Shown here in pieces: positions 28,281 through 38,367 of a DNA stretch of 64,000 nucleotides. The translations under genes were made by a program, and so were the position numbers. How positions within the stretch are numbered: the first letter of the stretch is position 1; every line of letters begins with the position of its first letter. The notes under the pieces were generated by a model that worked only from the letters and a program-made list of their open reading frames with translations, did no database searches and was not told where the DNA came from. Where the stretch lies: positions 5,797 through 69,796 of the forward strand of contig JBCDHS010000008.1 in NCBI GenBank assembly GCA_038749735.1, given 5' to 3'. This DNA is from Planctomycetota bacterium. Its GTDB lineage: Bacteria; Planctomycetota; Phycisphaerae; Phycisphaerales; Phycisphaeraceae.

Positions 28281-28315
28281 GCGACCCCGCCACCCTGCGG
28301 GGTCGCTCCTTTCTT
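28281..28315 (+). terminator. Intrinsic terminator
   Basis: GCGACCCCGC-cacct-type loop-GCGGGGTCGC (28281-28306) followed by TCCTTTCTT. Confidence 0.7.
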
Positions 28316-28337
28316 GCTCGTGAGGTTTAGGAATCGG

Positions 28338-29597
28338 CTACCAAGACGCGTTGATCTGTTGCTTCAGCTTCGCGACGATGTCGGGGTGCTCTTGAGCCAG
28401 GTCGTTCTGCTCGGCCGGGTCTTCGAGGATGTTGAAGAGCTGCGGCTGCTCGTCGGGCAGGCGGGCGGCATTCGGCTCGATCAGCTTCCAAGGCCCATCG
28501 AGACGCCAGCGGTAAAGCAGGTTGGCCGCGGGGTCAAGGATATCGACGGCATCGTGTGAGTAGACCCCGCCGGTGAAAGACGAGCGGTCCTGAATCTTCA
28601 GCAGGCTGATGCCATCGATGTTGTCCGGGATGTCGATCCCGCAGGCATCAAGTATCGTGGGAAGCAGGTCGATATTCGCGGCGATACCTTCCGCCTCGCC
28701 CGGCTCGACGTGTCCGGGCCATTTGATCATGATCGGCGTACGCAGCCCGCCGTCGTATGGCGACCGCTTGGACCGCGGGGCGTAGCGTTGGCGGTCGGGC
28801 TGATTGATCCAGCCATTGTCACAGATGTAGAGCACGATCGTGTTGTCGGCGACACCCTTTTGCTCCAGCAGGTCCAGCAGCTCACCGCAGGACTCGTCGA
28901 ACCACTCGCACATCGCCCAGTAGCGGGCGATGTGGGGGGAATCGACCCGGGCCTTGTACTTGTCGAACAGCCGTTGCGGCGGCGTGTGCGGGGTGTGGGG
29001 CAGGAACGGGGCGTACCAGATGAAGAAGGGCTTGTCCTCGGCTTTGGCCTGATCGATAAAGCCGGGGATCGGGTCCATGCCCTCGCGGCCGATGACCAGG
29101 CCCTCATCGCCGTGTCGTCCGCCGCGGGCGACGTCACCATGGCTCATGCCGTGGGTAAACCCGCCGTTGGCCCAGTTCCCGTGCCACCACTTGCCGGTCT
29201 GCAACGACAGGTAGCCGTGCTCGCCGAGGATGCGTGGGATCGTCGGGGCCTTGAGCATGAGATCGACATAGACCGCCTGCTGCTCGCGGAGCGGGTTGAT
29301 GAGGTTGCCGGTGACGCCGTTGGTCCGCGGGTACTGGCCGGTGATCATGCTGGCCAGCGACGGACAGCAGAGGCTGGTCGAGACGTAGCCGCGCCGGAAG
29401 ACCAGAGACTCGGAGGCCAGCCGATCGATGCGCGGCGTATCAATCACGGGGTGGCCCATAAACCCGTAGTCGCCGAAGTGCTGGTCGTCGGAGATGATCA
29501 GCAGGACATTGAGCTTGTCGGTGGGCTGGGCCAGGCTGGGATGGGAAATGCCAAAACACAAAATCGCGCAAAGCAGCAGCGGCAGGATATAGCGCAT
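28338..29597 (-). CDS. Sulfatase with a variant signature (CCPSL)
   Basis: NVLLIISDD, LCCPSLASMITG, GKWW, PHTPH and DNG motifs; AGGAGG SD before ATG 29597. Confidence 0.85.
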   Translation of the reverse strand: MRYILPLLLCAILCFGISHPSLAQPTDKLNVLLIISDDQHFGDYGFMGHPVIDTPRIDRLASESLVFRRGYVSTSLCCPSLASMITGQYPRTNGVTGNLINPLREQQAVYVDLMLKAPTIPRILGEHGYLSLQTGKWWHGNWANGGFTHGMSHGDVARGGRHGDEGLVIGREGMDPIPGFIDQAKAEDKPFFIWYAPFLPHTPHTPPQRLFDKYKARVDSPHIARYWAMCEWFDESCGELLDLLEQKGVADNTIVLYICDNGWINQPDRQRYAPRSKRSPYDGGLRTPIMIKWPGHVEPGEAEGIAANIDLLPTILDACGIDIPDNIDGISLLKIQDRSSFTGGVYSHDAVDILDPAANLLYRWRLDGPWKLIEPNAARLPDEQPQLFNILEDPAEQNDLAQEHPDIVAKLKQQINASW

Positions 29598-29668
29598 CGG
29601 TAAGCCTCCTAGAGAGATACGGTGCATTTAGCCATGTCTTCAGGATAGACGGTGTTGGAGCGGTCGTA

Positions 29669-30487
29669 TTAAAAGTGGCTCGGCAGGTTGGCCGCCGCCT
29701 TACGGATATCGCCGATCCGGTCGTCCCCCGCCTCGCGCTCGATCACCAAGTCGCCCTCGAACCCAGCACCGCTAAGCAGGCCGAAGAACGCGGGCCAGTC
29801 GACCGCCCCCTCGCCGCCGGCCATCTCCGTGCCCCACACGCCGGGCTCGGGCTGGGGCGTCGCGTCCTTGAGGTGGACCTGCCTGACGTGGGGCAGCAGC
29901 TTATCCAGCGATTCGATCGGGTCTCCCATGCCGTAGAGCAGCATGTTGGCCGGGTCGAAATTAACCCCGACGCTTTCACGCTCGACGTGATCTAGGAAGG
30001 CATTGAGCGAGTCGGCGGTCTCCTGGCCGGTCTCCAGCAGCAGATCGGCCCGGGCGGCATCCCAGAGCACGTCGGCAAAGGTGCCCAAACGCTCGACCAT
30101 CTTCCCCTCGGCCTCCGGGTCGATAAAGCCGACGTGGAAGGTGACCTGCTCGAGCTCCATGTCCCCGGCGATCTCGCAGCACTTGCGGAAGTTGGCGAGG
30201 TTGGCCTCCCAGGTCGCGTCGGGCAGCAGCCCGCCGGTCTGCTTGATCGTCTGGGGCGTGGTGTAGTCCTCGCCCAGCGGGGTGAACATACCCGAGACGA
30301 TCTCGATGCCCTCGTCGGCGAGCAACTGCTTCGTGCCGCCCCACCTCTCAGGATCAAGGTGGATCGGGTCTAGGTGAAGCTGCAGGCGCTTGAGCCCGAT
30401 CTCGTGACAAGCATTGATCAGGCACTTGGGGCAGTTGGGCTGCACCGACCAGGAGCAGAAAGCGAGTTGGTCTTTGGACAGGGGCAT
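29669..30487 (-). CDS. Sugar phosphate isomerase/epimerase (xylose-isomerase-like TIM barrel)
   Basis: LLETGQE, NFDPAN, VHLKDA and VIERE metal-binding pattern. Confidence 0.85.
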   Translation of the reverse strand: MPLSKDQLAFCSWSVQPNCPKCLINACHEIGLKRLQLHLDPIHLDPERWGGTKQLLADEGIEIVSGMFTPLGEDYTTPQTIKQTGGLLPDATWEANLANFRKCCEIAGDMELEQVTFHVGFIDPEAEGKMVERLGTFADVLWDAARADLLLETGQETADSLNAFLDHVERESVGVNFDPANMLLYGMGDPIESLDKLLPHVRQVHLKDATPQPEPGVWGTEMAGGEGAVDWPAFFGLLSGAGFEGDLVIEREAGDDRIGDIRKAAANLPSHF

Positions 30488-30526
30488 GGATCTCTTCTTT
30501 GGGTTAAAGAAACAGGACGGCATACA

Positions 30527-31534
30527 TCAGAGCGAGACCGGCCGGCCGGTGTTCACACTTTCGACCTCGGCCTCGACGATACGTACCGCGTTGGCGGCGT
30601 CCAGCATCGTCACCGTTTCCGGCTGGCGCCCGGACTTGACGCACTCAATGAAGTAGCCGATCTCATAGTCGTACCCCATGCCCGGCTCGATCTCAACCGG
30701 CTCGGCTTTGCCGTCGCGATACAGCGTCAAAGGCTTCTCGCCGGCGCCGAACTCAGCGGTCGCGTGCTCGAAATTGACCGTGAACGCCATGCTGAACGAA
30801 AACCCGTCCGCCATGGCCCAGGACCCCTCGGCCACCACCAGGGGGATGTCGTCGTACTCATAGCGCGTCACGATATGGTCCACCGCATCCGTTGGCCGGG
30901 AATACCCGACACTCTGCACACCCTTGGGCTGGCCGAAGAGGAACTGGATGAAGTCGGTGTCGTGGATATGCAGGTCCAACGCCGCCCCGCCGCTGGCTTG
31001 CCCGCTGGCATAAAAAGCAGCTTTGGGGTGCGAGGCGACACGACGGAAGGTGGCTCCGAGCACCTTGCCGTAGGTTTGCTGGTCACAGGCTTTCTTCAGC
31101 CAGGTCCAACCGGGCCAGAACCGCATACACATCGCGGGCATGACGATCTTGCCGCTGGCCGTGGCCGCCTGGACCAGCTTCATCGCGTCGGACGAGGTCC
31201 GGGCGATCGGTTTCTCGAGCAGCAGGTGCTTGCCCGCCTCGAGGGCCATCATCCCAAACGGCAGGTGCGCGGGCGTGGGCAAGCAGATATCGACCGCCTC
31301 CACGTCTGGGTCCTGGATCAACTCCGCCGCGTCGGTGTACCGCTTTGCGGACGGCAGGTCGAGCCCGCCGCGTGCCTGGCCCTCGATATTCCCCTTGGCT
31401 TTTTCCTTGCCGGCCAAACGGCTCGGGTCGCGGTCGGCCAAGGCCACCACCTCGACATCGCCCCGCTGGGCATATGCATCCAGGTGGGTGATCCCCATCA
31501 TCCCCAGGCCCACAACACCAACTTTCACCGCCAT
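30527..31534 (-). CDS. Gfo/Idh/MocA-family oxidoreductase
   Basis: VGVVGLGMMG, LPTPAH, LLEKP, MRFWP and LDLHIHD motifs; GAAAGGA SD. Confidence 0.92.
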   Translation of the reverse strand: MAVKVGVVGLGMMGITHLDAYAQRGDVEVVALADRDPSRLAGKEKAKGNIEGQARGGLDLPSAKRYTDAAELIQDPDVEAVDICLPTPAHLPFGMMALEAGKHLLLEKPIARTSSDAMKLVQAATASGKIVMPAMCMRFWPGWTWLKKACDQQTYGKVLGATFRRVASHPKAAFYASGQASGGAALDLHIHDTDFIQFLFGQPKGVQSVGYSRPTDAVDHIVTRYEYDDIPLVVAEGSWAMADGFSFSMAFTVNFEHATAEFGAGEKPLTLYRDGKAEPVEIEPGMGYDYEIGYFIECVKSGRQPETVTMLDAANAVRIVEAEVESVNTGRPVSL

Positions 31535-31935
31535 GCCGGATCATCCTTTCACGGTCTTTGGTGACGTGACGCGTGCCACGCCCTCTCGGGGTCAAAGAGT
31601 CTAACCCAATGACGGGCGGGGTGATGATGCGGGTTGGTATGGCTCGGCGGATCTCGCCGCCAAGGCTGCCTGTAGCACGGTCTCACAGACTCCCGCCATT
31701 GGTCCAGTAAAATCTCGGCCGCTGGGGCGTCATGCTCTGCAACGAAAAGTCACTGAAAGGATAAGTCGATGCATCTACCCCCGCTTGCCCGCAACACCCC
31801 CCTTCTTTTCTTCGCCACCGCCATGATCCCAGGAGAATACGCCCCGCGACGACGCCCGCTGATCGGCCTCCAGAACCAAAGCGAATCATAAAGATTAGGC
31901 ATCCGAAACACTAACCTCCAGTTTGCGAGCCACGC

Positions 31936-33273
31936 ATGAAACGCTCTTTTCCCCGACCCATCCCCGGCATGGCTGCGCTGTTCGCAGTCGTCTTGATGAC
32001 CACGGCAACTGCCCAGGAAAACAACCAGCCACCCGAGGGGTTTGCCTCACTGTTTAACGGCGAGAACCTCGATGGCTGGACCGGCGGGACCACGCGGGAC
32101 CCCCGGCAGATCGCGGCCATGCCCGCGGATGAGCGTGAGGCCCACGGGGCGAAACTACAGGAAGCCATTGGGGAACACTGGCGTGTGGAGGGCGGCGCAT
32201 TGATCAGCGACGGACAAGGGCCGCACCTGGTGACGACACGCGGCTACGGCAACTTCGAGCTTTGGGTTGATTATATGCTCAAAGCCAATGGCGACAGCGG
32301 GGTCTACCTCCGCGATACGCCTCAGGTTCAGATCTGGGACCCATCCAATGTCCAAGCCCACCGACACGGCTCGGACAAAGGCTCAGGCGGTCTTTGGAAC
32401 AATAAAACCCACGCCCGGTTCCCAACTGAAGTTGCGGACAGACCCATCGGCGAGTGGAACCGGATGTACATCCAAATGGTCGGCCAGTACGTCACGGTCA
32501 AGCTTAACGGCATGACCGTCGTGGAAAACGTCGTTATGGAGAACTTCTTCGAACGCAGCCTACCTGTTTTCAAGGCCGGGACCATCCACCTCCAAACCCA
32601 CGGCAGCGAGACCCGCTTCCGCAACGTGTTTATTCGTGAGATCCCGGACCCAGAGGCGGACCAACTCCTTGCCGATGCCCGCGGCGGCGAGGACGGCTTT
32701 GAATCGCTTTTCAACGGCGAAGACCTGACCGGCTGGATCGGGGCGACCGAGAACTACGAGGTCGTCAACGGAGCCGTTCGCTGCAAGGCCGGCCACGGCG
32801 GGAATCTTCTGACCAAAGACATGTACGGGGATTTCATAGTCCGCCTTGAGTTTAAGCTCCCGCCCGGGGGCAACAACGGGTTAGCCATTCGAACACCAGG
32901 CCCAGATGTTGATGCGGCCTACGCGGGGATCGAATTGCAGGTCCTTGACGATACCGCGGAAAAATTCGCCGAACTTGCCGAGTACCAGTACCACGGCAGC
33001 GCCTACGGCCTTGCCCCCGCCGCGCGCGGCTACCTCCGCCCCGTTGGGCAGTGGAACTTTCAAGAAGTACGCGTGCAGGGCGATCAGGTCCAGGTCGTCC
33101 TCAACGGCTTTACCATCCTCGACACCAACCTGACCGAGGCCTTGAACAAGCGGATTGACGGCAGAGACCACCCCGGCGCCTCGCGCACCGAGGGCCACTT
33201 CGGGTTCTGCGGCCACAACGACCCGGTCGAGTTCCGCACTATCCGGATCAAGTCACTGGGCCCGGGCGAATAA
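31936..33273 (+). CDS. Secreted tandem DUF1080 (3-keto-disaccharide hydrolase) protein
   Basis: Two repeats: LFNGENLDGW...DSGVYLR...GEWNR...QTHGSETRFRN and LFNGEDLTGW...NNGLAIR...GQWN...GHNDPVEFR. Confidence 0.9.
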   Translation: MKRSFPRPIPGMAALFAVVLMTTATAQENNQPPEGFASLFNGENLDGWTGGTTRDPRQIAAMPADEREAHGAKLQEAIGEHWRVEGGALISDGQGPHLVTTRGYGNFELWVDYMLKANGDSGVYLRDTPQVQIWDPSNVQAHRHGSDKGSGGLWNNKTHARFPTEVADRPIGEWNRMYIQMVGQYVTVKLNGMTVVENVVMENFFERSLPVFKAGTIHLQTHGSETRFRNVFIREIPDPEADQLLADARGGEDGFESLFNGEDLTGWIGATENYEVVNGAVRCKAGHGGNLLTKDMYGDFIVRLEFKLPPGGNNGLAIRTPGPDVDAAYAGIELQVLDDTAEKFAELAEYQYHGSAYGLAPAARGYLRPVGQWNFQEVRVQGDQVQVVLNGFTILDTNLTEALNKRIDGRDHPGASRTEGHFGFCGHNDPVEFRTIRIKSLGPGE

Positions 33274-33298
33274 TTTGCATCCCAAGCATAGCGCGGAA

Positions 33299-33563
33299 TC
33301 AATCGACGTGTAGCGGGTAGTAGGCGGTGAGTTTGGCGTAGCCGCTACCCAGCATGGCGAAGTCATTGGCCTGTCCCTGCCTCTGCCGGTTCCGGCCTGC
33401 GTCGGTGATCGAGTCGCCTTGCAGGAGGATGGTCGCGCCCTGATTGAGGGCGATTTGCTTCGACTCATGTCCATTCGCTTGAATCTGATCAGGCGCTGTC
33501 GCAGCGGCAAAGCCGGGTACTCACGACCGAGCCAGCAATGAACTCTCTGCGTGTCGTACCCAT
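33299..33563 (-). pseudogene. Frameshifted, truncated Tat-exported SGNH/GDSL hydrolase remnant
   Basis: MGTTRREFIAGSVVST; after one extra C near 33515 it continues GFAAATAPD...TILLQGDSITDAGRNR...LGSGYAK..., then stops at 33299. Confidence 0.75.
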
Positions 33564-33590
33564 TTCGCGTTCTTTCCAAAGGCGAAGCTT

Positions 33591-34880
33591 TCAGCCGGAT
33601 TGGCGAATCGTCAAGTCCGTCTTACCCGGTATCGCGTTGACCTTTCCGTCTGCGATCTTGTCGAAGCCGCTGCCGAGTTCGCCGATCGGGTCGGGCGGAG
33701 CGATCTCGACGACCTTCTCGCCGAGTTTGGCTTCGCCGGCCATGACCTTTTTCTCGAAGCCCTGGCACTCCTGCATCAGGCGGTCGAGGATCTCGGCCTC
33801 GGGGACGTTGGCGACCTTCTGGCCCTGGACGTAGATGATGCCACGCTGGTTGCCGGCGAAGATCGCGACGTCCGCGCCCTCCGCCTCGCCCGGGCCGTTG
33901 ACGATGCAGCCCATGACCGCGACCTTGATCGGCAGGGTGAGGGTTTTAAGTTTTTCCCGCACCTCCTGGATCAGCGTGAATAAGTCGACCTGGATGCGAC
34001 CACAGGTCGGGCAGCCGATCAGGTCGACGCCGACGCGCTCTCGCAGCCCTAGGCAGTAGAGCAGTTCCAAGCCATCTTCGACTTCATAGACCGGGTCGTT
34101 GGCGTAGCTGATGCGGATCGTGTCGCCGATCCCCGAAGCCAGGAGATGACCCAGCGGCACGGCGCTACGGATGGTACCGGTCTCTTTAGGCCCGGCGTGG
34201 GTCACCCCGAGATGAAGCGGGTGGTCGAAGCGCTTGCTGATCTCGGTGTACGCGTCGATGACCAGCGTCGGGTCCGGTGACTTGGCGCTGATGGTGATGT
34301 CGTAGAAATCGTTGTTGTAGAAGATGTCGAGGTATTCTTCGAGCTTGGTCAGCATGATGGCCAGGAAGTGGCCGTGGCGGTGATCCGAAAAGACCCCGCC
34401 CAGTTCCTTGAGGCGTTTCTGCTTGTCCCGGCGTTCAACGATCGAGCCCTCATTGACGCCGATGCGGATCGGCAGGCCCTTATCTTTGCAGGCCGCGATG
34501 ACCTCTTCGACCTGCTTGCGGTCGCTGATGTTGCCCGGGTTCAGGCGGATCTTGTGGACGCCGGCCTCGACGGCCTCGAGCGCCCGGCCGAAATGGAAAT
34601 GCACGTCCGCGACGATCGGCACGCCGACCTGCGGGAGGATGTCTTTGAGCGCCTCGGTGTCGTTCTTGCCGGGCACAGCCACGCGGACAATGTCGGCCCC
34701 GGCGGCGGCGAGTTTGTTAATGTCCGCGACGCAGGTGCCCACCTCATGGGTATAGCCGGCCGTCATCGTCTGGACCGACACCGGTGCGGGCGAGGTGCCG
34801 TTCTTGCCGCCGCCGACGAGCACGCGGCCAACGCGGTCATCTCCGACGACGACTTGTCGCGTGGGTCTTCGCTGGATCAT
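33591..34880 (-). CDS. ispG: (E)-4-hydroxy-3-methylbut-2-enyl-diphosphate synthase
   Basis: SVQTMT, VADVHF, RLNPGN, HLGVTHAG, CPTCGR and GCIVNGPGE motifs; start revised to 34880. Confidence 0.96.
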   Translation of the reverse strand: MIQRRPTRQVVVGDDRVGRVLVGGGKNGTSPAPVSVQTMTAGYTHEVGTCVADINKLAAAGADIVRVAVPGKNDTEALKDILPQVGVPIVADVHFHFGRALEAVEAGVHKIRLNPGNISDRKQVEEVIAACKDKGLPIRIGVNEGSIVERRDKQKRLKELGGVFSDHRHGHFLAIMLTKLEEYLDIFYNNDFYDITISAKSPDPTLVIDAYTEISKRFDHPLHLGVTHAGPKETGTIRSAVPLGHLLASGIGDTIRISYANDPVYEVEDGLELLYCLGLRERVGVDLIGCPTCGRIQVDLFTLIQEVREKLKTLTLPIKVAVMGCIVNGPGEAEGADVAIFAGNQRGIIYVQGQKVANVPEAEILDRLMQECQGFEKKVMAGEAKLGEKVVEIAPPDPIGELGSGFDKIADGKVNAIPGKTDLTIRQSG

Positions 34881-34886
34881 GAGGGG

Positions 34887-34892
34887 ATTATA
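34887..34892 (-). promoter_or_regulatory. Perfect -10 box TATAAT, leaderless-type
   Basis: 6 nt (CCCCTC) before ATG 34880; no SD. Confidence 0.7.
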
Positions 34893-34945
34893 GGTCAACG
34901 CGGCACCGGTCCACCCTCACGAAACGCTGCGCGTTAAAGCTCGCT

Positions 34946-35554
34946 CTATCGGATCTCGATCACCGTGCCATCCGAACGGGTCAGGACGGCGGTCCCCGGC
35001 TCGGTGACCGGCGACGGCTTGTCGCGGTGTACACGGATCACCGCTTGGGCGGGCGGGTTCTGTTCCAGGTGTTCGGTATCGGCCGCTTCAGCCGCGCCCC
35101 GCCGCTGGTCAATGATGACGACCCGCATCGGCGGATGATAGATCAGTTGTTCAGCCTCTGGTGATTCAGCGGGCTGGGTGAAGGCCCTAGGCCGGGCCGA
35201 AGTGGCATTGGCGGTGGTTGTCACACCGGTCGCGGGCTTGCGGAACAAACGGGTGTAGGGATCGGCCCGGATGATGCCGAACCTGTCCCGATAGGCGGTA
35301 CGGTAGGCCGGGTAGCAGCCAGCGCGATCATACGGCCTCAGCCCCCGCCGAGCGTCGATCAGGCGCGTGCTCGCGGTACTCAGCCGATCCGAAGTCAACG
35401 GCTGGCGACCGTCGGCATCAGGATACAAGACCGTCTGCCGCTCGATCGAGCCTTGGATCAGGGCTCGGGGCCGATAAGTTTCATCAGCCGACTGGGGCAA
35501 GGCAATCAGGGTCATCGACAGCAGCACAAACAAGGCCGGTATCAAGCGGATCAT
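34946..35554 (-). CDS. Hypothetical secreted protein
   Basis: Signal-peptide-like N-terminus and GGAGA SD; no recognisable domain. Confidence 0.6.
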   Translation of the reverse strand: MIRLIPALFVLLSMTLIALPQSADETYRPRALIQGSIERQTVLYPDADGRQPLTSDRLSTASTRLIDARRGLRPYDRAGCYPAYRTAYRDRFGIIRADPYTRLFRKPATGVTTTANATSARPRAFTQPAESPEAEQLIYHPPMRVVIIDQRRGAAEAADTEHLEQNPPAQAVIRVHRDKPSPVTEPGTAVLTRSDGTVIEIR

Positions 35555-35691
35555 GGCGTCTCCATTTCTGCCCCATGGATCAATACTCTTTACTCATTAT
35601 TAGCGGAACGAAATTCAAAAACAAGGGTTTTCCTTAGCTGTTAAGCTGGGCAGTCAGGTGTATCACATGCAATTCGCCATGAGATCAGGCC

Positions 35692-36735
35692 ATGAGACAA
35701 CCACCGCTCTACCCGCTGGCGTTCAACCCGATCTATAAGGACAAGGTATGGGGCGGCCGAAAGCTTGAATCGATCGGCCGCACACTGCCCGGTGATTCCA
35801 ATGTCGGTATCGGTGAGTCGTGGGAATTGGTCGATCTAGCTACGACCAGCGCGTCGGGTGGCGGCGGCAGCGCCGAGCATTCGGTCGTCCGCAATGGGCC
35901 TTTGGCAGGCCGATCCATCAACCAACTGATCACCGACTACGGCAGCGCGTTGATCGGTGACCTTCCGCTCTCACCCGAGGGCGGCTTCCCGCTGCTGCTG
36001 AAGTACCTCGACGCGAGCCAGAACCTGTCCGTGCAGGTCCACCCCTCGCCCGCCTACGCCGCGGCAAACCCAGACGCGTTTCTCAAGAGCGAGGCCTGGT
36101 ACATCGTAGACTGCGAGCCCGGCGCGGTGATCTACAAGGGTGTCCAGCCGGGCGTGACCGCCGAACAGTTCCGCGCCGCGCTCGAGCAGAACACCGACGA
36201 GGCGGTCGTCCCGCTGATGATCAGCGTGCCGGTGCGGCCCGGGGACTGCCACTACCTGCCCAGCGGGACCTGCCACGCGCTGGGCGGTGGGATTCTGGTG
36301 GCGGAGGTGCAGACACCCAGCGACACCACCTTCCGGGTGTACGACTGGGGCCGGACCGGCCGCGAACTACATGTCGAAGCCGCGCTGGCGTGTATCCACT
36401 TCGGCCCGGCGGGGACGGCCGAGTTTGAACACCGCGTCGTGACGCGTCAGGGCGAGACCAAGGTCGAGCAACTGGTCCGGTGCGAGTTCTTCCAGATCGA
36501 GCGTATATGGGCGGACGCTGATTCGACGTTCTGCTACGACATCAGCCAGCCCGAACTGGCCATGGTCCTGGGTGGCTCTTTATCAATCAGCCGGCCGGAT
36601 GAGCCACCTCAGGCTTTTGGCCGGGGCGACACCGTCCTGTTGCCCGCCTCACTGGGACTGACTGAACTGCAGGCCCACGCCCAGGCCCAATGGCTGCGTG
36701 TCCGCTTCCCCCAGGTCGCGGCCGATAACGATTAA
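35692..36735 (+). CDS. manA: Type I phosphomannose isomerase (cupin)
   Basis: VWGG, IGESWE, FPLLLKYLDA..NLSVQVHP, KSEAWY and EVQTPSDTTFRVYDW motifs. Confidence 0.88.
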   Translation: MRQPPLYPLAFNPIYKDKVWGGRKLESIGRTLPGDSNVGIGESWELVDLATTSASGGGGSAEHSVVRNGPLAGRSINQLITDYGSALIGDLPLSPEGGFPLLLKYLDASQNLSVQVHPSPAYAAANPDAFLKSEAWYIVDCEPGAVIYKGVQPGVTAEQFRAALEQNTDEAVVPLMISVPVRPGDCHYLPSGTCHALGGGILVAEVQTPSDTTFRVYDWGRTGRELHVEAALACIHFGPAGTAEFEHRVVTRQGETKVEQLVRCEFFQIERIWADADSTFCYDISQPELAMVLGGSLSISRPDEPPQAFGRGDTVLLPASLGLTELQAHAQAQWLRVRFPQVAADND

Positions 36736-36863
36736 AAGCCCGTCATCACGCCTCGCGTCACGCGCTTCGGGCCCGTCGTGGGCGCGGACCGGTTAAATTG
36801 CGTGGGGCCTGTACCGATAGTAGCGATAGCACGACCTGTCACTGCAATGAAATTTGATCCACT

Positions 36864-38318
36864 ATGAAACACTACGACTGCATCATCATCGGCACCGGGC
36901 CGGCGGGCCAGAAGGCCGCCATCCAAGCGGCCAAGCTCGGTAAATCCGTCGCCATCATCGAGAAGTCCAAGGTCGTTGGCGGCGCGCAGGTCAACACGGG
37001 TACGATCCCGTCCAAGGCCCTGCGCGAAGCGGCGCTGCACCTCACCGGCGCTTCGCGTCGCGGGTGGTACGGGCGCAGCTACCGGGTCAAAAAAGACATC
37101 ACCATCGCCGACCTGGTCTCGGTCTCAGACCGCGTGGTGCGTCACGAGTGGGAGGTCATCCGCGACCAGTTTGACCGCAATAGTGTTGACTTGATCTGGG
37201 GTACGGCGCACTTCGAGGGGCCGAACCTGATCCAGGTGCAGCGTGAAGACGACAACGAGATGCTCACCGCCGACAAGTTCCTCGTCGCGGTGGGCACGCG
37301 TCCGGCACTGCCCGCCCATGTGCCGTTCAATGAGACAGACGTTCTCAGCTCGGACTCTCTGCTGAACCTCAAGAAGCTGCCCAAAACCATGATCGTGGTC
37401 GGCGGCGGGGTCATCGGCGTGGAGTACGCCTGCATCATGGCGACCATCGGTGTGCGTGTCACCCTGATCGAGGGGCGCAGCCAGGTGCTTGGCTTTATCG
37501 ACGATGAGCTCCAGGGCGCCTTCCAGTACCACATGCGCCAGGAGGGGATCACGCTTCGTCTGGGCGAGAAGGTCACCGCGATCCATGCGCCCAAAGCTCA
37601 AGCGGGCGAGCCAGGCCGAACGGTCAACGGCTCGTTGGTCGAGGCGGTCCTTGAGTCGGGCAAACACATCCGAGCCGAGGCGCTGCTCTACGCGGTGGGC
37701 CGACAGGGGGTCTGTGGCAAGCTCGCGCTCGAGAACGTAGGGATCACCTATGACGACCGCGAACGGCTCAAGGTCAACGAGCACTACCAATGCATGAACA
37801 TGGAAGACCCCGAGAACCCGCGTGCGGTTGAGCATGTCTACGCGGCCGGTGATGTCATCGGCTTCCCCGCCTTGGCATCTACCTCGTTCGAGCAGGGCCG
37901 CCGCGCGATCTGCCACGCATTCGGCGTTGAGGTCGAAGGCTGGAACCAGGACCTGTTCCCCTACGGCATCTACGCGGTGCCGGAGATCTCCATGGTCGGC
38001 AAGACCGAGAAGCAGCTCACCGACGAGGGCATCCCCTACGAAGCAGGCATCGCCCACTACCGCGAGATCGCCCGCGGGCAGATCATCGGTGACGACCAGG
38101 GCATGCTCAAGCTGCTCATCCACCAGGAGACCCACGAGATCCTCGGCGTCCACGCGATCGGCACCGGCGCGACCGAGCTGATCCACATCGGGCAGACCTG
38201 CATGGCGATGGGCGGCAAGGCGGAGTTCTTCATCAACAACGTCTTTAACTTCCCGACGCTGGCCGAGGCGTACAAGATCGCCGCGTACAACGGGCTAAAC
38301 AAGCTGGCGCACGTCTAA
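36864..38318 (+). CDS. sthA: Soluble pyridine nucleotide transhydrogenase (flavoprotein)
   Basis: GTGPAGQKAA, NTGTIPSK, GDVIGFPALA and NVFNFPTLAEAYK motifs. Confidence 0.88.
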   Translation: MKHYDCIIIGTGPAGQKAAIQAAKLGKSVAIIEKSKVVGGAQVNTGTIPSKALREAALHLTGASRRGWYGRSYRVKKDITIADLVSVSDRVVRHEWEVIRDQFDRNSVDLIWGTAHFEGPNLIQVQREDDNEMLTADKFLVAVGTRPALPAHVPFNETDVLSSDSLLNLKKLPKTMIVVGGGVIGVEYACIMATIGVRVTLIEGRSQVLGFIDDELQGAFQYHMRQEGITLRLGEKVTAIHAPKAQAGEPGRTVNGSLVEAVLESGKHIRAEALLYAVGRQGVCGKLALENVGITYDDRERLKVNEHYQCMNMEDPENPRAVEHVYAAGDVIGFPALASTSFEQGRRAICHAFGVEVEGWNQDLFPYGIYAVPEISMVGKTEKQLTDEGIPYEAGIAHYREIARGQIIGDDQGMLKLLIHQETHEILGVHAIGTGATELIHIGQTCMAMGGKAEFFINNVFNFPTLAEAYKIAAYNGLNKLAHV

Positions 38319-38367
38319 ACGTTCTCGCGATGATGGCGACATATCACCCGACACCTTGCGCCGCTCG

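Noticed and set aside
31535-31935. 400-bp divergent spacer between the Gfo/Idh/MocA and DUF1080 genes
   Set aside because: Only a plausible -10 (TAGACT, minus strand) and an SD were seen; there is no riboswitch core or stable long structure.
36864-37020. SthA N-terminal motif lacks Cys (GGAQVNTGTIPSK)
   Set aside because: Soluble transhydrogenases do not use the redox disulfide of related oxidoreductases, so this is not informative.
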